NCBI RefSeq assembly: GCF_036321535.1
Contig: NC_087436.1
Coordinates: forward strand, 122,142,001-122,206,000
Origin: Camelus dromedarius
Lineage: Eukaryota
DNA length: 64,000 nt
Direction of reading: 5' to 3'
This document shows, one piece after another, positions 36,053-49,207 of this stretch (position 1 is the first letter of the stretch; each line of letters opens with the position of its first letter). The position numbers and the translations under genes are program-made. The notes under the pieces are model-generated. The model was not told the origin of the DNA. It did not search any database and was given only the letters and a program-made list of their open reading frames with translations.

Positions 36053-36490
36053 TGTAGTCTGAATAATGCCCCCAGTAAAGACAGCCCCTGGAACCTGGGA
36101 GGATTACCTTATGTGGAAAAAGATCTTTGCCGCGTGATCAAGGTTATCCTGGATTATTGGAGTGGGCTCTAAATGTCCTCACAGGGCCCTTATGAGAAGA
36201 GATGGAGGGAGACTGGACACAGACGAGAGAAGGAGGGGCCATGTGGCCACAGAAGCAGAGACTGGAGTGATGTGATCACGGCAAGAAATGCTGGCAGCCG
36301 CCAGAGGCTGGAAGAAGCCCGGAACAGACTCTTCCCCCAGAGCCTCCAGCAGGAGCACGGCCCCAGACTGTGGGCCAGTGGAACTGACGCCAGGCTTCTG
36401 GCCTCCAGAACTGTGAGGGAGGAAGCATCCCTTGTTTTAAGCCGCTGCATTTAGGGCAATTTGTTACAGCAGCCGCAGGAAACTAGTACG
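36053..36490 (+). mobile_element. Solo MaLR LTR (MLT1B/C/D-like)
   Basis: TGTAGTCTGAATAATGCCCCC...GCCAGAGGCTGGAAGAAGCCCGGAACAGACTCTTCCCCCAGAGCCTCCAG...CTTCTGGCCTCCAGAACTGTGAG...TTTGTTACAGCAGCCGCAGGAAACTAGTAC. Confidence 0.88.
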
Positions 36491-36799
36491 TGTGCCAGCC
36501 TCTCAAAGATTCTTTCAGGTTCCAGGTATGTTAGTTTATGGAGTATCTGCATCTACTTCTCAGTGGCCACTTCAGCAGATAAAAATGCAACTAATGAAAA
36601 AATTATACTTTTTTTCCTGGTGTGCAATCCCACGAGAACACAGGTGGCCTTATTCCCTGTCATTGTGTCCGAGAACAATGTGTGGAGCCAGAGAAATGTG
36701 CTCTTCTCGAAGGCCCCGAACTCTCCCCAGACCTGGAGCTGGTAATGGGAGGCACATTGTGTGGTTCAGTGGATGAGAACGTTGATTAAAAACCAGGAG

Positions 36800-39700
36800 A
36801 TCACGACCAATCAGATAAACGCCTGAGTGGCTGTATTAACGTCAGACAAATTAGATTTCAGGACAAGGAATATTACCAGGAAAGAGAGAGACATTTCACA
36901 AAAGAGCCAATTCATCAAGAAAACATGACAGCTCTATATACGGCGCACCTGATAAGACAGATTCAGAATGCATAAAGCAAAACCTGATAGACCGAAGTGA
37001 ATAGCACTCAGACCCACGAGTCGAGTCGGAGATTCCGACGCTACTTTTCCAGTGATGGATACAAACACGGGGAAGTCAGACAGCAGCTGAAAGACCTGAA
37101 CAACACCGTCAGCTTCGGCAGACCACATGGCTGTTCCCTACGTGCACGGTGCCGCGTTCCTCACCGCAGACCCCGTGCTTGGCTGCAGTGCAGGTCTTAA
37201 TAGTTTAAAAGGACTGAAATCATAGAGACTGTGTTCTCTAATACAGTGAAATTAAAGTAGAAATCAAGGACAAAAATATGAATAGAAAATCCCCAAATAT
37301 TTGGGAGATAAAGATTCCATTTCTAAATAACCCCTGGTTCAAAGAAAAAAGTCACAAGAGAAATTAGAAAATATTTTGAGCTAAATGAAAATGAAAACAA
37401 GTCAAAAATTGGGGGATGCAGCAATAGAAGTGTTTAGAAATTTATGACCTTAAATGCTTATAATAGAAAATAAGAAAAGTAAAGTAAATTATCAAAACTA
37501 AAAAAATAAGAGTAACTTAAATCCTAAGCAAGTAGAAGAGGAGTAGTAATCAATGTAATAGAAACAGAACACCAGTAGAGAGAAATCAGAGGAACCAAAA
37601 GCAAGATATTTGAAAAGATGAATAAAATTGATAAACCCCTGGAGAGACTGATCAAGGGAAAACAAAAGAGAAATAAAGTACAAATGACCGATATCAGCAA
37701 TAAAAAAATTTGAATCAGCATGATCTCTACAGATATTGAAAGAACAGTGGGGGAGTGTACATGAATTTAGTAACTCAAATTTCTTAAAAGATGCAAATTA
37801 CTAAAACTGACAAAATAAGAAATAGACTGTTGGACTAGCCTTTCATCTATTAAAATAGTTGAGTTTGTAACGAAAATTTTCCCAGGGTTACATGACCTCA
37901 CTAGTAAAATCGATTAAACTTTTAAGAAAGCAGTAATACCATCCTTTACAAATACTTTCAGAAAATATAAGGAGAGTGAATACTTCCCCACTCATTTTAT
38001 GTGGCCAGAATTTGATGCCAAAACCAGACAAAGACATTACACAAAGAGGAGACTATAGACAAGTATACTCGTGATCATACATGTAACAATCCTTCACTAT
38101 GTTAGCAAATCAAATCTAGCAGTACAGAAGGACAACACTCCATGACCAGTTGGGGTTTGTGTAGGAAATGCGTGGTTTAACATCCAAACGTTAATCAGTG
38201 TAATTAACCGTATTAAGAAACTAAGGGAGAATGACCACATAATCATCTCAACAGGTGCCTACGGGTGTTTGGCAGAATTCAAGGCCCGTTTCAGTAAACC
38301 AGAGCTAGGGAAGGGGACTTTCTCAACGTGGTAAATGTGAATATGAAGAATTTATACCTAACACCTTACCTAACGGTGAAAAACTCAGTGCCTTCCTCTC
38401 AGAACAGGAACCAGGCAAGAATGTCTGTTTCCAGTTCTATTCAACATTGTACTGGAGGTTCTAGCCGGTGCAATAGAGCAGAAGTAATGATACAAATAAA
38501 AGGAATGCAGTTTGGAAAGAAAAAAATAAAGCTGTATTTGCAGACAGCATTATCATGTACACAGAAAATCCTAAAGAATCTACAAAAACATACTATTAGA
38601 ACCAATAAGAATGTTTAGCAAGGGCACAGGAAACAAAGTTAAAGGATAAAAATCAACAGTATTTCTATATAGTAGCAAGGAGCAATTTAAAAATTTTAAA
38701 ATTTAAAACAATACAATAGCAGTAGCATCCAAAAGCACAAAATATTTAGGGATAAATTTAACAAACTATGTGTAAGACCTGTATGTTGAAAACTGCAAAC
38801 ATTACTGAGAGGAACTAAACAAGTGGAGAGAGACGTACTATTGAGAGAATTAATATTGTTAAAATGTCAATTTGCCCCAAGTCAACCAATAAATTCAACC
38901 ATCCTAGTCAAAATCTTAGCCACATTTTCTTGTGGAAATTAACAAGCTGATTCTAAAATTTATGTGGAAATGCAAAGAGCCTAGAATAACCAAAGCAATT
39001 TTGAAAAAGAAAAAAAAGTTTGAAGAATTTTACCTGATTTCAGGATTCTCCATAAAGCTACATAATCAAGACAGTGTTATTAGTGTAGGGACAGATGTGC
39101 AGATCATTAGAACAGGAGAGGGTCCAGAAGGAGACCCCCACATACGTGACTGTTAATTTTCAGCAAAGGCATCAGTGTGATTGGGCAGGATAAGGAGTGA
39201 CCTTTCCAGATGGTGCAAGAACAGCTGGATATCCGCTCAGAAAACAATGAACTTTGCCTCCTACCTCACACCACGTACAAAAATGAGCTCAAAATAGATC
39301 ACAGAGCTAAACATAATAAAAGTTAAAACTATAAAAATTCTAGGAGAAAATCCTCATCTTTGGGGGTGGACAAAGATTTCGTAGAGAGCACACCAAAAGC
39401 ACCAGCCACTGGAAAAGAATTGATAAATGGGACTTCATCGAAATGTAAAACGTCTGCACTAGAACAGCACCGTTAGAGGATGAAAAGGCGAGCTGCACAC
39501 TGGGAGAAAATACAGCGTGCACGTCTGACCACAGACGGGCATCCGAATGCGTGCAGGACTCCTGTAACCCAGCAACAGGAAGACAGGCAGAAGACCTACG
39601 TAGACAGTTGGTAAACTAAACGCCAATACGCACGTGAACATATGCTCAGCATCACTAGTTGTCAGGGAAATACAAATCTAAACCACACTCAGGTGTCTCT

Positions 39701-40345
39701 GCACACCCGCCAGAATGGCCGAGACTAGGAAGACTAACAACGCCAAGGGCTGGCTAGGACGTGACGCAACCACAACTCATGCGCGGCAGTTGGGAGTGTA
39801 AATCGTGTAACTATTTGGAAAACCTATAATCCTTTCCTTATAAAGTAAACACACACTTAACGAACAACCCAGCAATTCCACTCGGTTATTTATCCAAGAG
39901 AAAGGAAAATACATGGATGAAAAAAGACCTGTGCCTAAAATCCCTGGTAGCTTTTCTATAACTCGAAAAAATCCAAATGTCTATCAAATTGTGTGGTATC
40001 CTTACAGTGAAAACTACAAGCATCGAGGGAGGGCGAGTACAGCTCAGTGGTAGAGCACATGCTTAGCACTCATGAGGTCTTGGGTTCAGTCCCCAGTACC
40101 TCCATATAGATAAATAAATAAATAAAAGAACAATTTCTCCCCCCTAAAAAAAGTTTAAAAATAAAGTAAAAACTATCAGCGTTGAAAAGGAGTTGGGGTG
40201 GTTTGACTGCAGAGGGACATGAGGGGGCATTCTGGGGTGACAGAATGTCCTCTATCTCCATCTGGAACCTGGTGCAGATTTGAAAATTCCCTAGACTGTA
40301 GCTTAAAATGGGTGCATTTTATCACATGTTAATTATCCTTCAAGA
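36800..40345 (+). mobile_element. Old L1, near-complete degenerate ORF2 plus 3'UTR, sense
   Basis: Endonuclease start GTGGCTGTATTAACGTCAGACAAATTAGATTTCAG, ORF remnant EINKLILKFMWKCKEPRITKAILKKK, and 3'UTR ending GGGTGCATTTTATCACATGTTAATTATCCTTCAAGAAAG. Confidence 0.85.
40027..40168 (+). mobile_element. tRNA-Ala-derived SINE (camelid Vic-1-like)
   Basis: AGCTCAGTGGTAGAGCACATGCTTAGCACTCATGAGGTCTTGGGTTCAGTCCCCAGTACCTCCA (A and B boxes, AGC anticodon arm), then (TAAA)n and an A-rich tail. Degenerate TSD AAAACTACAAGCATCGA / AAAACTATCAGCGTTGA. Confidence 0.9.
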
Positions 40346-40589
40346 AAGTTAATTTTTTAAAAGCAATCAGAGGAAGCACAAAAAGACCTGGCATTCTTTC
40401 CCAGACAGAATGACGTCTACTTCACAGTTTAGCCTTGAGCTTATCTCCCCCAACAGTGCTCATACTTTGCGTTATGCCCTCCGGACACTTCCCTCACCCT
40501 GACCAGGGTCAGCCAACAGGAGCGCTCTGGGCCAGACCGGCCAGGGTTTTGCCACTGCGCGGTCACTCCACAAGCAGCTTGAATGTTAG

Positions 40590-43500
40590 GGACGTTAGCC
40601 CTTCACCTCTGATGCAGGTTACAAATACTCTCTCCTAGTTTGTCATTCACCTTTTTACTTTGCTTATCGCATCTTATGTCCTGCAAAAGGTTTGGTGTTT
40701 TGTTTTGGGTTTTGGGGGGTTTTTGGTCACCTGTCAGTCTTTTATTGCATCTAGATTTTGAGTCATAGTAAGAAAGCTTTTCTCTACACCCACATTATAG
40801 AGGAAGTCACCCATGTTTTCTTTTATCATTTTCCAGTTGGCTGTCTGGTTGTCCCAACACCATTTGTCAGGAAGTCCATCTCCGTTCCAGTGACTGGACA
40901 TGTGTCTTCATTACATTAGACTTCTATGTGTAGTCGAGTCTGTGTCTGAGCTCCCTGTTGTCCCCGGTGGTCTGTCTACCCCTGCACCTGCGCCACTCTG
41001 GTGGGATTACAGAGGACTGGTTGTGTCCTGTGGGGTGTGGGCGGCCTGGTGCCCCTCAGAGCTCTGTTGTTTCCGTTTTCCTGTCTTTGGCACTCATTTT
41101 TCCACGTGAATTTTAGCATCACCTTATCTAATTCCATGAAAAAGCTTATTGGTATTTTTATTGAGATCACATTAAATTCACAAATTAACGTAGGGAGAGC
41201 TGATATCTTGATGATGTTGAGACATTTCAGTCAAGAACGAGGAATGTTTTTCTGTCTGATAAAGTCTACTTTTGTGTCTTACAGGAGGTTTTAAAGTTTT
41301 TTCCATACAGATTTTATACATTTCTTGTTAAGTTTACAACTAAGTATTTTATTTTCTTTATTGTCAATGAGTTTTCTCTTTCAGTGTATCTTCATGCTGT
41401 CACCACTTGTGTACATGAAAGCTGCTGGCTTGCTATGTTAGTCTTGTTTCCTGCCACCTGCTGAATTATTTATTCTCTAGGGATTTTCAGGAGTACTGTC
41501 ATGTCATCTGCAACTAGAGGGAGTTGTATTTTAATTTTCAGTTCTTGAGCCTCTAATTATTTAGCTAATACAACTGACCCTTGAACAACGTGGGGGTTAG
41601 GGGTGCTGACCCCCATGCACAGTCAGAAATTTGTGTATAACCTTTGACTCCCCCGAGACCTAACTACTAACAGCCTACTGTTGGCCAGAAGCCTTCCTAA
41701 TAACATAAACAGTCGGCTGGCACATCTTGTATTTTTACAGTCAAGTAAGCTAAAGAGAAGAAAACGTTATTGAGAAAATCACAAGGAGGAGAGAAATACA
41801 CTTGGAGTGCCGTGCTGTACTTAATTGCAGGTTGGATCGTCCGTCAGTTTGCACATCAGTACTGTCTTACGTGATACAAGATACTGTACTAGACGTCAAA
41901 AACGAAAAGGGAATGTGAAAAAGAAGCTCCTGTCTATTTACAGGGGCAATGATTTGTACATTGACAAAGAAACGGCAGCTCTGGGATTCTTTATGGTCAC
42001 CTAGAGTCGTCGACACGGCTGCTTCACAGTAGCCCCGCCCACACACTAATGAATGAGTTCTCATAAAATGTTACAGCTCACAGTACTCAGTCATATTCAT
42101 AATACAGTATTGGAAACACCGTTACGTTTAAAAAACCGCCTCCCTGCGATGCCAGGCTGATACGCAGTCTCTCCAGCTGGGGGAGATGATACTGTGCTTC
42201 TCTGAAAGCAAAGTTATAAAACAGTAAGGAAACCAACACATTATTAATTTTATATTAAATATCGCTCACCTTACGCCTCTGTAAGGATAGGCTGCCCACT
42301 CCGACACAAGCCTGGTGTGTGCGCTCTACACGACAGACGCTTGGCTGACAGCGATGGTGACGCAGAGCTGTCTCCTCAGACCTCAGATTTTCACTCGAAG
42401 ACACACACACAGCGTTTACATTTATTCACTGTACAGCGTGAGAACTGTTTACTGTTCATTAAGTGGAGGTGGTCCACCGTGAAGGTCTTCATCCTCGATG
42501 TCGTAACGCTCAGTGGGCTGGGGGGCAGGAGGCAGAGGAGGGGCGGTCTTGCCGTCTCAAGGTGGAGGCGATGGAGGAGGTGGAAGGGGAGGTGGGCACA
42601 CCCCGTGTGCAACGTTACGGAAATGCATCATGGTTTCTGCGAGGCTTTTTTGCTTTTTCGTTTCTTTAGAAGTGTTTCTATAGGGCACCAGCCCTCCTTC
42701 ATACATCTGCTTCAGTTTCAGTGCCAGCATCATAGGAGGGTCCGTGTCGTAAACGCGGTCAGAAGCGCCCTTGAATAGCCGGCCGCGTCTGCTGCGTTGT
42801 GTGTCGTCTATTTTCTGATGCTGCCTCGTCTGTGTCTGCTTCCTTGTCGCTTGGGCGGGTTCGGGAGCGCTCGGCCCCATCAGGTTGTCTTCTGTTAATT
42901 CCTCCCGTGTGCCGCTGTTAGCTCTTGAATTTCTCCACGATTCGTATCTTGAAACGCTTCACCCCTCCCCCCCTTTTTTTTGCCAGATCCACAGTCTCTT
43001 TCACAAGTTCCTGTATTAGCTCTGTCATGAATCCTGCGAAGTCATGCGTGACGTCTGGACACAGGAATTTATCGTTTTGGGCTTGACGACTTTCACGGCT
43101 TTTCCTGTAACAACCATGCATCTCCACTGTTGTGGTCCTTCCAGATGTGCACGATGCTGTCTCTGTAGACATTCCCTTCCAGAGTGTTGACTGTCCTTTC
43201 CATAGCGCTCCATGGGTAAGGGGCCTTGGTGGTCCTGATGGTCCCTTGATCTGAGGCCAAATCAAAAGACATTGTGTTCAGGGGCAGACAGGCCACTTTG
43301 ACACCTTTGGTGTTGAACTCACAGGGTCTTCGTGGCCAGGGCCATTGTCCAATACCAAAAGAACTTCAAAAGGCAGTCCCTTACAGGCAAGGTATTTTGT
43401 GGCTTCGGGGACAAAGTGTCAATGGAACAATCCAGAAAAGGGCTCTCATGATCCAGGCCCCTTTGCCGTGCAACCAGAAGACTAGTAGCTGTTGTTCGTC

Positions 43501-46270
43501 TTTCCCTTCAAGGCTGGGGGTCAGCAGCTGCATGGACAAGGGCGGTCCCGGCCGCAGACTTACTGCCTTTGTGCAGAGCAGTAGTTAGCTGCCCCTTCCT
43601 GCCGTAAGTCCTGGTTCTCGCTCCTCTTCCTTATCATAAATGCCCTTTGTGAATTTCTTCCCGGAATAGGGCACATTGGGCTGCATTAAAACCTGTTCAG
43701 GCAGATCTCTTTTCTCCCCAGTGATTTTCTTAACAGCGTCTGGGAACCCATCTGCTGTCTCTGGACCGGCAGAAGCTGCTTCTCCTGTTATCTTGACATT
43801 TTTTAAGCCAAACCTCTTTCTAAAATTATCACACCATCCTTTGCTGGCATCAGATTCTCCAGCTTTAGACCCTTTACCTTCCTTTGCTCTAAGCTGCCAC
43901 GTAATGACTTTGCTTTTCCTCACACCGTATCAGAGTTTGTAGGGGAGCCTTCCTCACCGCAGTCCTGCACCCGCGGCAAAGCTGCGCTTTCAGTGCGACG
44001 TGAAAAGGATTTCACAAAGAGTGTGAGGTTTTACGCCTGCTGGTTGGTGCAGCTGCAGTCACGGCTTCATGAACTTCCTTTTCTTTTATTGCAGTGGTCC
44101 TAACACTGAATTTGTTTACCTTGAAATGGTGATGGCCACAGCTGCAGACCTCAATCTGCCGTGCACATCGAGCAATTAAACTTTTTCTTGTAACATCGTG
44201 ACTTTTCTCTGCTTCTTGGGAGCACTTCTGGCATCACTAGTGTCACTCCTTGTGTATGGGTGCCACCGTGTTATCCAAGGTTCACAGTATTGCACTAAAC
44301 ACAATGAAAAATATGTGAGAACAGTGACAGATCACTTTTTACTGTGATGCGAAATTTTCTGGAGAGACAGACGGCTAAGGCAGAGGTGATGGGTCTCAAA
44401 GGGATTTTAAGTGGACGCTCCAAACACTCGGGCGCAGCGCAGGAGCAACAGGTGATGGCTACAGAATTATTACACGGCACAGTTTGCACCACAGTTCACT
44501 ACGCAGTTACAATTACATTGGTATACGTGTCTCTTGACTGTGAATGGCGCCGTGTGTGTCCTACCAGTGTGTGCGTAAGCTCTGATAAATGTTAATATTT
44601 TATTATAGACATACACATTTTATGGTGGTGGATGATAAAATAAACTAGTGTCTACATATATTTTATGCAGTCATTACATAATTAACCTTTTCTTGATTTT
44701 TTTCAATATTCAGGCTACGCAATCCATCTCCAAGTTTTTTCAAATTGTTGCAAATCTCCAAAATTTTTTTCAAAATATTCATTGAAATAAATACAGGTAT
44801 AAGTAGACCACGAAGTTCAAACCTGTGTTCTGCAAGGCTCAGCTGTACTTCCAGAGCAACGTTACAAGGTTAAATGGTAGTAGCGGTAGTAGGCATCCTT
44901 GCCTTGGAGTTTCCCCATTAGTAGGAAGCTAGCTCTAGGAGTGAGCTGTACTGCTTTATAATTTTAAGGAAGTATCAAGCTGTTCCTGTTTTCTCAAGAG
45001 TTTTTATTGATAATAGGTGTTGAGTTTTGTCACAGGGTTTTTCCAAGCACTATGTAGAGAATCGTGTAATTTTCTCCTTAGTCCTGTTCACGTGGTGATT
45101 TATATTAATAGATGTCCTAACATTGAACCAACCTTGCTTTCCTGGTATAAACTCTGCTTGCCCACGGGGTGCTATTCTCCTAACGTAGCGTTGCAAAATT
45201 CTATTTAGGGTTATCCCATCAATCAATATTCGCAGGTAGAAATCGTCTGTCACTTTCCTTTCTGATGGCCTCTTTATCACATTGTGATACACTGTTATCC
45301 TTTCCTAGTAAAATTAAGTTGGAAGTTTTTCTTCACTTTCTTTACTCTAAAGCCATTTACTCAGCATGGGGACTCTCTGATCTCCAGAGGGTTGATAGAA
45401 TTCCCCTTTGAAACCACCTGGGCCTGGTATTTTTTGTGGGATAGTGTTTAGTAATTTTCTCTATTTCTTCTGTAGACGTTGATCTGTTTAACTTTCACCT
45501 CTACTGGGGTCAATTTTTATAAGTATTTTATTAAGAAATTATCCATTTCACCTGAGTTTTAAAATTTACTTGCACAGCATTGTGCAAAAATAATGTTTAA
45601 GGTTTTTTTTAAACTTCCTCCGTATCTGCGGCTCCTTTCCTCCATTGTTTCTTATATATCTGTGCTTACCCTTTTGATTAAACCAGCTAACGGTTTGTTT
45701 ATTTTGTTTTTATAAGAACCAGGATTTTTATTTATTAATTCGATCTGTTTCTCTGTCCCCTGTTTACTCTCAGCAGCCTCTGCCCCCATCTGCACTCTGG
45801 CTTTCGTATTTCTCTCCTTGTGTGTTCTCTTGGTTTGCTTGCTTGCTCTTTCTCTTGCTTTTATCTAACTCATATACTTTTATTCTTTCATTTTTACTGA
45901 CATAGGCCTTTAGGGCTGCGAACTGTCCTCGCTGTTTTGATGTAGTCCAGTGGGGCTGACGTGTGGTGGTTCATTAGAAATCATGTGATTTCTATTTGTA
46001 TTCCTCTTCACCCAAAAGTTGTCTGATAGAAGTGCTTTTCGTTTTATTTAGAGGTAGATGGGCTTTGGGGGGTTTTGTTTTTATTTTTAATGTCTAGTTT
46101 TCTTGCACTGTGATCAGAGTGCTATTTAACATTTCTCCCGTGTGCAGCTTTTTGGGATTTTTCCTGTGTCCTAATGTGTGGTGGGTTGTTGTGCATATGC
46201 CCCATGTGCTTAAGAGGAAAGTAGATCCTGTTATCAGAACATTTGATATACATCTGTAATAGCTACTGAT
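40590..46270 (-). mobile_element. Old antisense L1 ORF2 (40590-41570 and 44846-46270), interrupted by Tigger2
   Basis: Minus-strand ORFs ISIKIPISFFMELDKVMLKFTWKN and QAEFIPGKQGWFNVRTSININHHVNRTKEK are L1 ORF2p. Confidence 0.8.
41571..44845 (-). mobile_element. Tigger2-family (pogo/Tc1-mariner) DNA transposon with both ends, transposase disabled
   Basis: TA duplications at 41569-70 and 44846-47. TIRs CAACTGACCCTTGAACAAC (left) and CAGCTGAGCCTTGCAGAAC (reverse complement of right end). Minus-strand transposase remnants APKKQRKV.. (about 44225) and ASKGWCDNFRKRFGLKNVKITGEAASA..FPDAVKKI..LPEQV (43585-43923). Confidence 0.92.
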
Positions 46271-46711
46271 CGCTTGTGCTGGTTGGGTTTGGTCGCACTT
46301 TGGCTCTCTGGGAAGAAGCAAGTCCCGGGAACGTTCCTGCTGCCTCCTCAGACAACTCTCCCACTCCGATGGCAAACTGAGGGGAGGTCACTTGTGTGGT
46401 TGGGTTAAGGGCTGCCCTGCTCCAAAGTGCCTCCCTGTCCCCTCCCTGCAGTGTCATCAGGTCTGTTTGTTTGGGTCAGGGCGTCCTCTGCTGTCACTGC
46501 AGGTGGCCCTGGGCAGGTAAAAGGGAAAGCTAATGGTAGGTAAGGTTTTCAGCATGTCTTTCTTGAGCAGGTTTGGAGCACCTGTGGGATCTCCAAAATA
46601 AAGGAAATGAGGTGAGGACCAAGGGTGGCTGGTGACATGGGGTCAACACACATTTGTTCTGAGCCTGGGTGCATTTTGGTGTTTTGCTTCTTATCTAGAC
46701 ACAGCTGTTAA

Positions 46712-47834
46712 AAATGGGACCTAATTAAACTTAAAAGCTTTTGTACAGCAATGGAAACCCTACACAAAATGAAGAGAAAACCTACGGAGTGGGAGAAAAC
46801 ATTTACAAACGATGCCACCAACAAGGGCTTAATTTCCAAAATACAGAAACAGCTCACACAGCTCAATGTCAAAAAAAAAGCAAACAACCCGATCAAAAAA
46901 TGGACAGAAGACACCTAAATAGACATTTCTCCAAAGAAGACATGCAGATGGCCAACAGGCACACAAAAAGATGCTCAACATCACTAATTATTAGAAAAGT
47001 GCAAATCAAACCCACAATGAGATATTACCTCACACCAATCAGAATGGCCATCATCAAAAAGTCTACAAATAATAAATGGTGGAGAGGATGTGGAGAAAAG
47101 GGAGCCCTCCTGCGCTGCTGGTAGGAATGCAGTTTGGTACAGCCACTGTGGAAAACAGTGTGGAGATTCCTTAAAAAAACTGAAGATAGACTTACCATGT
47201 GATCCAGCAGTCCCACTCTGGAGCATATATCAGGAGAAAACTTTAACTCAAAAAGATACATGCACCCCAATGTTCACAGCAGCACTGTTTACAATAGCCA
47301 AGACATGGAATCAACCTAAATGTCCATCAACAGATGACTGGATAAAGAAGTTGTTGTGTATTTATACAATAGAATATTACTCAGCCATAAAAAGGAATGA
47401 AATACCATTTGCAACAACATAGATGGACCTGGAGATTATCATACTAAGTGAAGTAAGTCAGACAAAGACAAATACCATATGATGTCACTTATATGTGGAA
47501 TCTAAAAAAACTGGCACAAATGAACTTATTTACAAAACAGAATCAGACTCACAGACATAGAAAGCAATCTTACGGTTACCAAAGGGTAAAGGGGGGGTTA
47601 TATATTTGGAACTTGGGGTTAACACATATACACTACTATGTATAAAAGAGGTAAACATGGACCTACTATGTAACAGAGAACTATATTCAATATCTTGTAA
47701 TAAGCTATAATGGAAAAGAATCTGAAAAAGAATGTATATATACATATAACTGAAATCACTTTGCTCTTCACCTGAGACATTGTAAATCAACTATACTTCA
47801 ATAAAAAATAAAAATTTTTTAATTAAAAAAATAT
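46712..47834 (+). mobile_element. 5'-truncated L1 (ORF2 3' end plus 3'UTR), sense, with TSD
   Basis: ORF remnants [27 protein letters not shown] and [38 protein letters not shown] and A-rich tail at 47800-47830. TSD ACAGCTGTTAA at 46701-46711 and 47835-47845. Confidence 0.93.
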
Positions 47835-49124
47835 ACAGCTGTTAACAATACCAAGTTCAAGGGTAGGATTTTAAAAAGTGGGCAAAATAGCTGAACGCAG
47901 TAGGAAAAGGAGAAAACAAGGCATCGGTACTTAGAAATCAGGCGGTAAAATGAGCAAGCTCCAGAACGTCAGGAAGTGTGAAGCAGGCAGCTGAGGCCTG
48001 TCGCCCCGACAGCAACGACAAAGAACCAAGCTGTCAGCGCGCCTCTGTCAGAACTCTGAAAAACAGCCAGCAGTTTGCAGCAACCAAGCAAGTGCTGAGC
48101 GACTTGAAACAGTAGAAGAGCTTGGCGGTGTTTTCACTTGTCCCGCCCGCCCCTGCCCTCGCGGCAGCCCCCGGCCCAGGGTGGGACGGGTCCCTGGTTC
48201 AGAGAGAGCAGGCAGAGCTTATTGGAGAAGCCTGTCTATTTGTCCTGACTTGTCGGGGGCTGCCTGCAGCACTGACAGGGCCCTGTGCCACCAGCTCAGA
48301 GCCCGCTGCAGGCCGAGAGGTGGCGGCGCTGCTGAGGACGTCGCCAGGTGGGCAGCCTCAGTGTGCGCCTCACGTGGCCCCCAGGGGGGCTCGGGGGAGG
48401 AGCTGGAGGAGAGATTCTTCGGGAAATTCTTGGGGCATTCGAAGCCCGCGCGTCCCGGGAAATGTAGAAGCCCCTTTAGAAGCCCGGAGCAGGCCCAGGG
48501 CGGCCAACACGCCCCAGAGCCCTGAGCAGACCCTGGGAAGCGGAGGCCCAGCACGAGCCGCCTGCAGAGAGCTGGGCAGGCCCCCTTTGTCTCCTTGTCT
48601 TCTTCCTTTTCTGTCTCTGTCTCTGCTGGCCAGATGTGCACACTCTGTAGGGGAGACGCAGGGCACAGGCAAGCGGCCAGGCTAGGCTGCCCCATCAAGG
48701 AGGGGTCCCAGGGCCCAGGAGCCCCAGGGCAGGGCTGGCCCCCACTGTCCCGTCTGTGGGAGGCAAGGCACCGGCTGCCCATCCAGTCCTGCAGGGGGTT
48801 GAGAAGCCAGCTCCTCACCGCAGCACCCACAGGCAGGCCCCCACCCTGGGAGCCGGCTGCCCGCCGTTGGGCTGGCACTCCTGTGGTGGACCCACTTTTT
48901 GGTTTTGGGTGTGGACACCCCAGAATCTGGCTGGCTTGCAGCTGTCATAGCCTCCCCACCAGCCCCTGTTTGGAGGGCGCAGGCTGAGACAGATGCTGCA
49001 GACTGACGGTCTCCACTCCCTGCACGGCAGGCCTGGTTCCTGGGGTGTGTGTGGTCTGGACCCTCGAGGCCCCTCTGCAGATGGGGTGCCAGTGTGTCTG
49101 ACCACGTGCCATCTTTCCATGCAG

Positions 49125-49207
49125 GAAGAACATTTCCCCAGAGCGCGTGACCCACGCAGACAGGGAGCAGACCAAGAAGGTGGTGTACTCGGTGGTCTAT
49201 GGAGCAG
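49125..49207 (+). CDS. POLN: DNA polymerase nu, motif B (O-helix) exon (83 nt, phase 2-1): (W)[27 protein letters not shown](G)
   Basis: Acceptor CATCTTTCCATGCAG, donor GCAG|GTAGGC. R-x3-K-x7-YG motif B. Matches human [29 protein letters not shown]. Confidence 0.97.

Noticed and set aside
40027..40104. tRNA-Ala gene (also 54236-54310 and 16582-16657)
   Set aside because: Stems are mismatched, and each is followed by a shared SINE body, an A-rich tail and TSDs. These are SINEs.
43585..43923. Domesticated TIGD/CENP-B-like gene
   Set aside because: The transposase is broken by stops and frameshifts, and TIRs plus TA duplications remain. It is a dead transposon.
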